In this document: positions 1-8,696 of the stretch, in pieces
How the letters are laid out: each line of letters begins with the position of its first letter
Position numbering within the stretch: position 1 is the stretch's first letter
Source of the DNA: Clostridia bacterium
GTDB lineage: Bacteria > Bacillota > Clostridia > Christensenellales > QALW01
Direction of reading: 5' to 3'
Assembly (NCBI GenBank): GCA_045630945.1
Contig: JAZQTV010000046.1
Coordinates: 1 to 60,256 of the forward strand
Length of the DNA: 60,256 nt
Made by a program: the position numbers and the translations under genes
Notes under the pieces: generated by a model
Databases searched by the model: none
What the model saw: the letters and a program-made list of their open reading frames with translations, nothing else
Told to the model about the DNA's origin: nothing

Positions 1-1
1 A

Positions 2-1345
2 ATTATTGACACCTTAGAGGAAATGGTTGACTACGCCGCTGAGCAAGGAATGCTTGAGATGAACACCGCCGCTTACCGTGCAATGTTTGACACAAAAATC
101 TGCGCTTGTATGCTTATGATGCAATCTCAGGCACAGGAAAAATTCAAGGCTTTATATATCGAATCACCTAAAAAAGCTACCGATTGGTTTTATGAGCTTT
201 GCGAAAATATTAACTACATACGTACAAGAGACGTTGCTAAAAACATAAAGTACGATTATGAATCTTCTTACGGAACAATGGAGGTTACAATTAACCTTAC
301 AAAACCCGAAAAGGATCCTAAAGAAATTGAAAAGCAAAAGTCAATGCCTCAAACAAACTATCCCAAATGTATGCTTTGCTTGGAAAATGTTGGTTATGAA
401 GGTAGACTTGGATATCCTTCCCACGAAACGTTACGTACCATTCCCGTTGAGCTTGATAATGAAGAATGGAACTTCCAATATAGCCCTTACGTTTATTACA
501 ACGAGCATTGTATCGTTTTTTGTAGTGAGCATACTCCGATGACGATGAACAAGAGAAAGTTTGTTCGTTTGTTTGATTTTATAAAAAAATTCCCACATTA
601 TTTTATCGGTTCAAATACTCAGCTTCCCGTCGTTGGCGGTTCTATTCTTACGCATGAGCATTTTCAGGGCGGCAAGCACGTAATGCCTATGGAAAAAGCC
701 GCGGACCTTTATACCTTTAATTGTAAAAACTCAAAGGTAAAGGCATCAGTTATTAATTGGCCTATGACGTGTATTCGTTTAAGCAGTGAAGATTATAACG
801 AAATCATACCCGTTGCAATAAATATTCTCGAAACTTGGCAGAACTATTCTGATGAAGAATTGAATATTCTTGCTTATACCGACGGTGTTGAGCATAACAC
901 GATAACACCCATAACCCGCATTAATAAAGACGGTTTGTATGAGTGTGATATCGTGCTTCGTAATAATCTTACAACTGATGAGCTTCCCCTTGGTGTATAT
1001 CATCCCCATCCCGATAAGCACAATATTAAAAAGGAAAATATCGGACTTATAGAGGTGATGGGCTTGTTTATCCTCCCCGGTCGCCTTAAGACTGAACTTG
1101 ATTACATTTGCGAAAAATGGGTTAAGAACGAAGAACTTGAGCAAAGCAACATACATTACACTTGGTATAATTCGTTTAAAAACAACTATTCCCCCGCTGA
1201 TTTTGATGATGCTAAAAAATATATTTATCAACTTGTTGGCGGAGTTTGCGAAAACGTTTTACGCGATGCAGGCGTATATAAGGAAGATGAAAAAGGCAGA
1301 AACGGCTTGAAGAATTTCCTTGTTGCGTGCGGATTTGAGGTTTAA
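2..1345 (+). CDS. galT: Galactose-1-phosphate uridylyltransferase, Gram-positive type 2; 5' end lies outside the window
   Basis: Motifs INLTKPEKDPK, YPKCMLCLENVGYEG, GGSILTHEHFQGG, KKENIGLIEVMGLFILPGRLK; frame is open from position 2 (IIDTLEE) to the ATG at 23. Confidence 0.93.
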   Translation: MIDTLEEMVDYAAEQGMLEMNTAAYRAMFDTKICACMLMMQSQAQEKFKALYIESPKKATDWFYELCENINYIRTRDVAKNIKYDYESSYGTMEVTINLTKPEKDPKEIEKQKSMPQTNYPKCMLCLENVGYEGRLGYPSHETLRTIPVELDNEEWNFQYSPYVYYNEHCIVFCSEHTPMTMNKRKFVRLFDFIKKFPHYFIGSNTQLPVVGGSILTHEHFQGGKHVMPMEKAADLYTFNCKNSKVKASVINWPMTCIRLSSEDYNEIIPVAINILETWQNYSDEELNILAYTDGVEHNTITPITRINKDGLYECDIVLRNNLTTDELPLGVYHPHPDKHNIKKENIGLIEVMGLFILPGRLKTELDYICEKWVKNEELEQSNIHYTWYNSFKNNYSPADFDDAKKYIYQLVGGVCENVLRDAGVYKEDEKGRNGLKNFLVACGFEV

Positions 1346-1346
1346 T

Positions 1347-1985
1347 ATGTCTGTTTTGTATTTAATTACAGGTTTTATTTTCGCAATTACCGTACCTATT
1401 TTAGAATTTTCACAAATTGGCACTAAAGGCTTTTTGTACTTTTTGATTCTGATTGTGTTTTTAATCTTTATGCTTTCGTACGTTATTTTGTCGGTTTATA
1501 AGTTTAAAATCGCAAAATTTGAATTTTTAAATTCTAAAAAAATAGTTTCGTGGAATATCGAGGATGAACCTTTAAAATCAAAAAAGCATTATTATTTAAG
1601 CTTGTTGACAGGTGTTGTATTTGGTGCGCTTATTTCTGTAAAATCAAGCAATCTTGTTTACAGTATAATGTTTTCTCTTGCACTGACGTTTGTTGTTTTA
1701 GGTTGGTGCACAATGGGAATTAAGCGTCTGAACGATAAAATATCCTCTATCGATAATTTCCTTATTTCACATATGGGCATTATCTGTAAAAATAAGGCTC
1801 AGGTTTTCGATGGATATTCAAAAGGTATCCTTAGTATTAAAAAGGAAAATAATGATCTTAAAATCGTGATAAAAAAAGGAAGAAAACTTGAAAATATTAC
1901 GGTTTGCATCCCTGATGATAAAATAAATGAAGTTGAAGCATTTTTAAACGATCTTAAGGAGCATTTAACAAATAATGAAGAATAA
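1347..1985 (+). CDS. Hypothetical membrane protein (about 4 TM plus soluble C-terminal domain)
   Basis: ATG at 1347 after GAGG, 1 nt after the galT stop; four hydrophobic segments. Confidence 0.75.
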   Translation: MSVLYLITGFIFAITVPILEFSQIGTKGFLYFLILIVFLIFMLSYVILSVYKFKIAKFEFLNSKKIVSWNIEDEPLKSKKHYYLSLLTGVVFGALISVKSSNLVYSIMFSLALTFVVLGWCTMGIKRLNDKISSIDNFLISHMGIICKNKAQVFDGYSKGILSIKKENNDLKIVIKKGRKLENITVCIPDDKINEVEAFLNDLKEHLTNNEE

Positions 1986-2766
1986 AAAGCAACGGCTTAA
2001 TACCGCTTATCAGAATCACTTAGATCTTTTAAAAGCGTTAGGTATAGTTACGATGGCTATTCCTATTGCCGCCATCTGCGTGATTTACTATATGCTTCAG
2101 GCTGATATGTATGCAGAAATGATATACTATATTTTTTCTGTTGCGGTTTTTGCACTTATATTCGGTATCGTTGTTAGCGTAATTGCTTCTATGAAGCAAA
2201 ATGTTGCGGACAGTATAAACGAAAATCTTTATGCAATATGGAAATATAAGCCGGAAACAATATATAATTTTTATCGAAAAATGTGCCGCCGTCAAAATAA
2301 AACATCGTTTTTTAACTATGCGTTGACTGCGCTTGTTTTATTTGTAATCGGAATGATAATGTATTTTAACAAGGTTGCCCACTATCTTGGCATTATTTTT
2401 CTTGTTTTTAGTGCAATCGTTTTCTTGATCGCTGTTTTCACGTTGCCGTATATGCAGTATCTTATGTTGAAATTAAGAACACGTTTATTTGGCGATGCTA
2501 AAGAAATTATATTTTCGCGTAGCGGAATATGGTACTGTGGAAAAGTATGCTTCTTTGGAGATAACGGTATCACCTATCATCGCGTTGAAAGAAAAGAAAT
2601 ATTCGGTCAGGATGCAATTATTTTCTATTATACGAAAACTCGTGGCTTTCAGCAAACACCGATGGAACTTGTAATTCCTGTTTCACCTAAAATGGCATAC
2701 GTGGCAGACGATCTTGTAGCGGAATTTAACAGAAGTGACCTTTTATCTAATCAAATACCGAAATAA
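1975..2766 (+). CDS. Hypothetical membrane protein (about 4 TM plus soluble C-terminal domain), probable paralog of the upstream gene
   Basis: AAGGAG upstream; overlaps the previous stop; 4 hydrophobic segments; similar C-terminal pattern. Confidence 0.78.
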   Translation: MKNKKQRLNTAYQNHLDLLKALGIVTMAIPIAAICVIYYMLQADMYAEMIYYIFSVAVFALIFGIVVSVIASMKQNVADSINENLYAIWKYKPETIYNFYRKMCRRQNKTSFFNYALTALVLFVIGMIMYFNKVAHYLGIIFLVFSAIVFLIAVFTLPYMQYLMLKLRTRLFGDAKEIIFSRSGIWYCGKVCFFGDNGITYHRVERKEIFGQDAIIFYYTKTRGFQQTPMELVIPVSPKMAYVADDLVAEFNRSDLLSNQIPK

Positions 2767-2789
2767 TTTTCGGTATTTTTTCTTTTTTT
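2753..2789 (+). terminator. Rho-independent terminator of the galT operon
   Basis: AAATACCGAAA-TAAT-TTTCGGTATTT followed by a T-rich tract. Confidence 0.7.
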
Positions 2790-2805
2790 CAATTATTGAT
2801 TGAAT

Positions 2806-2862
2806 TTTGTTTGCTTTTTCAAGCAAACAAATATTGAAAAATTATTCAGTTTGTTTTATAAT
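2806..2862 (+). promoter_or_regulatory. Sigma-A promoter with an upstream 11-bp inverted repeat (candidate operator)
   Basis: TTGAAA 2834-2839, 17 nt, TATAAT 2857-2862; TTTGTTTGCTT-N4-AAGCAAACAAA at 2806-2831. Confidence 0.65.
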
Positions 2863-2888
2863 GTATCTGTATTACGGAGGTTTGGCGT

Positions 2889-4043
2889 ATGATTGATATA
2901 ACGTATCTTGGTGAAAAAATAAGAAAATACCGTAAAGAATTGGGTATAACGCAAACAGAACTTGCTCAAAAACTTAATATAAGCTTTCAGGCTGTATCGA
3001 ATTGGGAACGCGGTGCCGCACCGCCCGATCTTGATAATATAGTTAAAATCGCACATTTTTTTGACGTTACGGTGGATAGTCTTTTGAATACAAATAAATT
3101 TGATGAACCCGTTTATCTCGGTGTAGACGGCGGTGCAACAAAAACAGAATACGTTGTGTTTACCTCAACAGGTAAAATTGTAAAAAAATTCAGGCTTGAG
3201 GGTTCAAACCCCAATGATATAGGCGTTGAAAAATGCGCAACGCTTTTATCACACGGCATTGATCTTTGTTTGAATGAGTTCCCTACTATTGATAAAATAT
3301 TTGCAGGCATTTCGGGTATTGGCGCAGGCAGTAACAAAAAGGAATTACATTTACTTTTATCCTTAAGATATAAAACAATAAAAATTGAAATGGATCATGA
3401 TGCTGCAAATGTATTCTCTTCATCGGATATTCAGTGCGCTTCTGCCCTTATTTGCGGAACAGGTTCAGTTGTTTTTGCGCGCATCGGTAGTGAAACAACG
3501 CGTCTTGGCGGCTGGGGTTATTTGTTTGATAAATACGGCAGTGCATACGATATTGGCAAGGATGCAATAAGTGCGTGTCTTTCTTATGAGGACGGTTTGA
3601 CGGAATATACAAAAATATATCCGCTTCTTTGCAGTGCGCTTGATTCTAAAAATTCAAAGGTGTGGGATTCGGTAGACGTTATTTATAAGAACGGAAAATC
3701 TTACATTGCTGGCTTTGCGCCTCTTGTATTTAAGGCGTATGCGGCAGGTGATGCGATTGCAGAGCGTATAATTGATGAAAATATTTCAAGGCTTGCAATG
3801 CTTATAAATAATGCGATAAAAATCAGCGGAAACATTAACGTTATTGCGTGCGGCGGATTGTTTGAACACTTTGGTGACACTCTCTTTCCCATATTAAACA
3901 AAAAATCACCTGAGGCTAACTTTGTTGTGCCCGATCTTCCGCCTATATACGGTGCATGTAAGGAATGCTTAAAACGACACGGTATTGCACCGTCAAAGGA
4001 TTTTCACGATCAATTTTATAGTGATTATAATAAAAATATATAG
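2889..4043 (+). CDS. XRE-family HTH fused to a BadF/BadG/BcrA/BcrD-type (NagK/MurK-like) amino-sugar kinase
   Basis: N-terminal LGEKIRKYRKELGITQTELAQKLNISFQAVSNWERG; kinase motifs GVDGGATKT, HDA, CGTGS, GGWGYLF, GGL; GGAGG RBS. Confidence 0.85.
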   Translation: MIDITYLGEKIRKYRKELGITQTELAQKLNISFQAVSNWERGAAPPDLDNIVKIAHFFDVTVDSLLNTNKFDEPVYLGVDGGATKTEYVVFTSTGKIVKKFRLEGSNPNDIGVEKCATLLSHGIDLCLNEFPTIDKIFAGISGIGAGSNKKELHLLLSLRYKTIKIEMDHDAANVFSSSDIQCASALICGTGSVVFARIGSETTRLGGWGYLFDKYGSAYDIGKDAISACLSYEDGLTEYTKIYPLLCSALDSKNSKVWDSVDVIYKNGKSYIAGFAPLVFKAYAAGDAIAERIIDENISRLAMLINNAIKISGNINVIACGGLFEHFGDTLFPILNKKSPEANFVVPDLPPIYGACKECLKRHGIAPSKDFHDQFYSDYNKNI

Positions 4044-4054
4044 GAGAAATTACA

Positions 4055-4855
4055 ATGCTTAATACAGAAAAAAGAAACCCTAAAACCAAACATATTGACA
4101 AAGCTTCTACCATAGAAATGCTTGAAATAATTTCAGAGGAAAACTACAATGCGGTTAAAGCTGTTGAAGCTGAACACGAAAACATTGCACTTGCTATTGA
4201 TGCGATAAGTAATGCTCTTGAAAACGGCGGAAGGCTTTTTTATATCGGTGCAGGTACGTCAGGTCGCTTAGGTGTAGTTGATGCTTCAGAATGTCCCCCC
4301 ACTTTCGGTGTTGGATACGATCTTGTTGTTGGAATTATAGCAGGTGGCTATGATTGTATGTTCAAGGCAAGCGAAAATGCCGAGGATATTTACGAAAACG
4401 GCGTAAGAGACATTTTAAGTCACAACATAAAGGCTGGCGACGTTGTGGTTGGTATTTCGGCAGCCGGAGGTGCAGCGTACGTTTTAGGCGCTTTAGATAA
4501 GGCTAAAGAGGTTGGCTGTATTACAGTTGGTCTTACCTGTAACCCTGATACAAAAATTCTTAATGCGGCAGACATAAAGATTTGCACACAGACAGGTCCC
4601 GAGGTTATTACAGGCTCAACACGAATGAAAGCAGGTACTGCGCAGAAGCTTGTTCTTAATATGCTTTCCACCTGCGCAATGATTAAAACAGGCAAGGTGT
4701 ACGAAAACCTTATGATAAACCTTAAGCCAACGAATATTAAGCTTAAACAACGTATGGTACGTATAGTTTCAGACATAAAAGAATGTGACGAAGCAACTGC
4801 AACAGCACTTCTTGAACAGAATGATTGGGTTATTCGTAAGGCGGTAGAAAAATAA
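4055..4855 (+). CDS. murQ: N-acetylmuramic acid 6-phosphate etherase
   Basis: TEKRNP, GAGTSGRLGVVDASECPPTFG, GPEVITGSTRMKAGTAQKLVLNMLST, GKVYENLMI. Confidence 0.96.
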   Translation: MLNTEKRNPKTKHIDKASTIEMLEIISEENYNAVKAVEAEHENIALAIDAISNALENGGRLFYIGAGTSGRLGVVDASECPPTFGVGYDLVVGIIAGGYDCMFKASENAEDIYENGVRDILSHNIKAGDVVVGISAAGGAAYVLGALDKAKEVGCITVGLTCNPDTKILNAADIKICTQTGPEVITGSTRMKAGTAQKLVLNMLSTCAMIKTGKVYENLMINLKPTNIKLKQRMVRIVSDIKECDEATATALLEQNDWVIRKAVEK

Positions 4856-4864
4856 AAATATAAT

Positions 4865-4935
4865 AAGCCGAGGCTGACTGATATGCACCCCAAAGTGTCT
4901 AACTTTGGGGGTTTTGCTTCAGACTGCTTCGGCTT
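4865..4935 (+). terminator. murQ terminator hairpin whose loop is interrupted by a mini-element
   Basis: Arms AAGCCGAGGC (4865-4874) and GCTTCGGCTT (4926-4935), then a T-rich tract. Confidence 0.65.
4879..4921. mobile_element. 43-bp non-autonomous IS3/IS150-like remnant (joined terminal inverted repeats)
   Basis: TGATATGCACCCCAAAG-TGTCTAACTTTGGGGGTTTTGCTTCA has TG...CA ends and is flanked by a GAC direct repeat (4876-4878, 4922-4924). Confidence 0.6.
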
Positions 4936-4965
4936 TAATTTTTATCTAATTTTCAGTTAATTCAT

Positions 4966-4994
4966 TTGACTAAGTTCATATTTATATATATAAT
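4966..4994 (+). promoter_or_regulatory. Sigma-A promoter of the ABC exporter operon
   Basis: TTGACT-17 nt-TATAAT. Confidence 0.7.
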
Positions 4995-5028
4995 TAAATA
5001 GTTAAATAAATCTAGTGAGGAACTAAAA

Positions 5029-6768
5029 ATGATAAAGCGACTACTAAAAAGCGTAAGAGAATATAAGCTTCCTACTATTTTAACAATAATTTTTATTGTT
5101 TTAGAGGTAATTATTGAAGTTTTTATTCCCTTTGTTACTGTTGAAATCATTGATCAAATTGAAAAAAGTAAGCCACTAATGTCGGTTGTTGAATCCTGCA
5201 TTATAATGATTATAATGGCGTGCCTTTCTCTTTGCTGTGGCGGTATTGCAGGCTTCACCTGCTCGAAAGCATCGGCAGGCTTTGCTAAAAATTTAAGGGG
5301 CGACGTATTTAAGAAAATACAGACTTTTTCGTTCCAGAATATTGATAAGTTTTCGTCTACGTCACTTGTAACGAGGCTTACAACAGATATTGGCAACGTA
5401 CAAATGTCATATATGATGCTTATACGTATTGCCATCCGAGCACCGTTGATGCTTGTAAGCGCTATTATTATGGCTTCAATAATGGGCGGAAAGCTTGCAC
5501 TTACGTTTGTTGTTATCGTTCCCCTGCTTGCTTTCGGTTTGTTTTTAGTTGGTAAAAAAGCAATGCCTGCATTCAGGCGCGTTTTCAAAAAATATGATAA
5601 GCTTAACGAATCAATCGAAGAAAACGTTCGCGCAATGCGTGTTGTTAAAGGCTTTTCAAGGGAAAACTTTGAAAAAGAAAAGTTTAATAAAGCATCCGAT
5701 AACATTGCATCCGACTTCACTAAAGCAGAAAGAATCGTTGCATTAAATACCCCCTTGATGCAGATATGCCTTTACTTTAATATGATATTTGTACTGATTG
5801 TAGGTTCAATGCTTATAATCAAAACAGGCGGAAGCGTAGTAAAGATTGGTCATATTTCAGCAATGCTTACGTACGGTATGCAGATTTTAATGCAGCTTAT
5901 GATGCTTTCAATGATATACGTTATTTTAACTATATCCGCAGAATCACTTAAGCGTATTGATGAGGTTTTGGTTGAGGTTCCTGTATTAAATCAGCCTGAA
6001 AATCCTGTATACGATATAAAGGACGGTTCAATTTGTTTTAAAAACGTTAGCTTTAAATATTCCGAAAAAGCTAAAAAGTTTGCGTTATCAGATATAAATA
6101 TTGAAATTAAATCAGGTGAAACGGTTGGTATTATCGGCGGCACGGGTTCAAGTAAGTCGTCGCTTATTCAGCTTATTTCAAGATTATACGATGCAACCGA
6201 GGGTACAGTATCAGTAGGCGGTATCGATGTAAAAGAATATGATTTAAACGTTTTACGTAAGTCTGTTGCGGTTGTTCTTCAAAAAAATCTGCTTTTCTCC
6301 GGTACTATAAAGGAAAATTTACGTTGGGGGAATGCAGAAGCAACTGACGAGGAGATTGTGGAAGCTTGTAAGCTTGCACAGGCGCATGATTTTGTTGAAA
6401 GCTTCCCTGATGGATATGATACTTTTATAGAACAGGGCGGAACAAACGTTTCGGGCGGTCAAAAACAGCGACTTTGTATTGCACGTGCATTATTAAGAAA
6501 GCCTAAGGTTTTAATTTTAGATGACTCAACAAGTGCTGTTGATACAAAAACAGATGCTTTGATTCGCGCAGGCTTTAAAACCTATATTCCCGAAACAACA
6601 AAGATTATTATTGCTCAGAGAATTGCATCTGTACAGGATGCGGATAAAATAATCGTAATGGATAATGGTTCGATATCTGCAATTGGCAATCACGAAGAGC
6701 TATTAAAGACATCTTCAATTTATCAAGAAGTGTACAACCAACAGATTGGAGGTGGCGATAATGAATAA
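5029..6768 (+). CDS. Heterodimeric ABC exporter subunit (TMD plus NBD, degenerate site; TM287-like)
   Basis: 6-TM domain; Walker A GGTGSSKS, signature VSGGQKQR, degenerate Walker B LILDDSTSA, switch IAQR. Confidence 0.92.
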   Translation: MIKRLLKSVREYKLPTILTIIFIVLEVIIEVFIPFVTVEIIDQIEKSKPLMSVVESCIIMIIMACLSLCCGGIAGFTCSKASAGFAKNLRGDVFKKIQTFSFQNIDKFSSTSLVTRLTTDIGNVQMSYMMLIRIAIRAPLMLVSAIIMASIMGGKLALTFVVIVPLLAFGLFLVGKKAMPAFRRVFKKYDKLNESIEENVRAMRVVKGFSRENFEKEKFNKASDNIASDFTKAERIVALNTPLMQICLYFNMIFVLIVGSMLIIKTGGSVVKIGHISAMLTYGMQILMQLMMLSMIYVILTISAESLKRIDEVLVEVPVLNQPENPVYDIKDGSICFKNVSFKYSEKAKKFALSDINIEIKSGETVGIIGGTGSSKSSLIQLISRLYDATEGTVSVGGIDVKEYDLNVLRKSVAVVLQKNLLFSGTIKENLRWGNAEATDEEIVEACKLAQAHDFVESFPDGYDTFIEQGGTNVSGGQKQRLCIARALLRKPKVLILDDSTSAVDTKTDALIRAGFKTYIPETTKIIIAQRIASVQDADKIIVMDNGSISAIGNHEELLKTSSIYQEVYNQQIGGGDNE

Positions 6769-8659
6769 GAAAAAGAAGCAAGGTGGCGTAAAAGACATAG
6801 TCAGAGTAATTAAACTTTTAAACGGTTACTATCCCCGATTATTGCCGCTTACAGTAGTTTGTATTGTCTTTTCTGCAATTGTTTCCTCAATACCTGCACT
6901 TTTTATTCAAAAGATTATTGAGCGAATCGAATTCTGGAAGGGTTCGCTTGACTGGGCAAGCGCATCTAAAGAAATATTACCTATAATATGTATTTTAATA
7001 CTTCTTTACGTTGTGGCGTTTATATCAATATTGATTCACACACAGCTTACGGCATACATTACGCAAGGTTTTCTTTCAAAAATGCGTAAAGCAATGTTCA
7101 GCGGTATGCAGAATCTTCCGATAAAGTATTTTGACAGGAATAAGCACGGCGATATAATGAGCCATTATACCAATGATATTGATACCCTCCGTCAGCTTGT
7201 TTCGCAGTCAATGCCTGCGCTTATACAATCCTGTGTTGTAGTTATATCCGTGCTTGGCATTATGCTTTTCTTCAGCATTTGGCTTACACTTGTCGTTCTT
7301 TTAGGTGTAGTTGTTATGCTTGTGATTTCAAAGCACATCGGCGGTGGTTCTGCAAAATACTTTATCCGTCAACAAAAATCTATGGGTAAAACCGAAGGCT
7401 TTATTCAGGAAATGATGAACGGACAAAAGGTTATCAAGGTTTTCTGTCACGAAAAAGAATGTGAAGCAGACTTTGATAAAATTAATAACGAGCTTTATGA
7501 GGACAGTTACCGCGCCAACGCATATGCAAACACACTTGGCCCGATAATTATGAATATCGGTAATATACTTTACGTAATTATTGCGCTTACGGGCGGTATA
7601 CTTTTCCTTACCAATGTACCCTCGTTAAGTCTTTCGGGAAAGGCGTTCGGCATAAATATTATTGTTCCCTTCCTTAATATGACTAAGCAGTTTACAGGAA
7701 ACATTAACACTGTTTCACAGCAGATAAACTCAATCGTTATGGCGATGGCGGGTGCTAAGAGAATATTTGAGCTTATGGATCAAGAGCCTGAAGCTGATGA
7801 AGGCTACGTTACTCTTGTTAATGCAAAATATGATGAAAATGGTGAGTTAACTGAATCAAATGAACGTACAGGTATTTGGGCATGGAAGCATCCCCACCAC
7901 GACGGCACTCTCACCTATACTCAGTTAAAAGGTGACGTTAAATTGACTGACGTTGACTTCGGTTACAGTGAGGATAAACAGGTTCTTTATAATATTGACG
8001 TTTATGCAAGCCCAGGACAAAAGGTTGCATTCGTTGGTGCAACAGGTGCAGGTAAAACAACAATTACAAACCTTATAAACCGTTTTTACGATATTGCAGA
8101 CGGAAAGGTTCGTTACGACGGTATAAATATTAATAAAATTAAAAAGGGCGATTTAAGACGTTCTTTAGGCATAGTTTTACAGGATACCAATCTGTTTACG
8201 GGAACTGTAATGGATAATATCAGATATGGTAATCTTGACGCAACAGATGAAGCGTGTATCTGTGCAGCAAAGCTTGCAGGTGCAGATGATTTTATTACAC
8301 GTTTGCCTGACGGCTATAATACAATGCTTTCGAATAACGGTGCAAATTTATCGCAAGGTCAGCGTCAGCTTGTTGCTATTGCACGTGCCGCCGTTGCAGA
8401 TCCACCTGTTATGATACTTGATGAAGCAACGTCTTCAATCGATACACGTACAGAAGCTATCGTTCAACGTGGTATGGATAAGCTTATGGAAGGCAGAACG
8501 GTATTTGTTATCGCTCACAGGCTTTCAACTGTAATGAATTCTGATGTTATAATGGTTTTAGATCACGGCAGAATTATTGAAAGAGGAAGCCACGAGGAGC
8601 TTATTAAGCAAAAAGGAACGTACTTCCAGTTGTACACAGGCGCTTTTGAATTAGAATAA
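6761..8659 (+). CDS. Heterodimeric ABC exporter subunit (TMD plus NBD, TM288-like)
   Basis: GATGAGKTT, LSQGQRQ, ILDEATSS, IAHRLST; ATG at 6761 after GGAGG. Confidence 0.92.
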   Translation: MNKKKKQGGVKDIVRVIKLLNGYYPRLLPLTVVCIVFSAIVSSIPALFIQKIIERIEFWKGSLDWASASKEILPIICILILLYVVAFISILIHTQLTAYITQGFLSKMRKAMFSGMQNLPIKYFDRNKHGDIMSHYTNDIDTLRQLVSQSMPALIQSCVVVISVLGIMLFFSIWLTLVVLLGVVVMLVISKHIGGGSAKYFIRQQKSMGKTEGFIQEMMNGQKVIKVFCHEKECEADFDKINNELYEDSYRANAYANTLGPIIMNIGNILYVIIALTGGILFLTNVPSLSLSGKAFGINIIVPFLNMTKQFTGNINTVSQQINSIVMAMAGAKRIFELMDQEPEADEGYVTLVNAKYDENGELTESNERTGIWAWKHPHHDGTLTYTQLKGDVKLTDVDFGYSEDKQVLYNIDVYASPGQKVAFVGATGAGKTTITNLINRFYDIADGKVRYDGININKIKKGDLRRSLGIVLQDTNLFTGTVMDNIRYGNLDATDEACICAAKLAGADDFITRLPDGYNTMLSNNGANLSQGQRQLVAIARAAVADPPVMILDEATSSIDTRTEAIVQRGMDKLMEGRTVFVIAHRLSTVMNSDVIMVLDHGRIIERGSHEELIKQKGTYFQLYTGAFELE

Positions 8660-8696
8660 AAAAATAACAGGCAATTAACTTGCCTGTTGTTTTTTT
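8659..8696. terminator. Bidirectional terminator between the ABC operon and clpX
   Basis: AAAAAATAACAGGCAA-TTAAC-TTGCCTGTTGTTTTTT. Confidence 0.8.

Noticed and set aside
7790-7935. Insertion between TMD and NBD of the second ABC subunit (GYVTLVNA...WAWKHPH)
   Set aside because: Recalled as a common linker in this clostridial exporter family; no intein or mobile-element hallmarks
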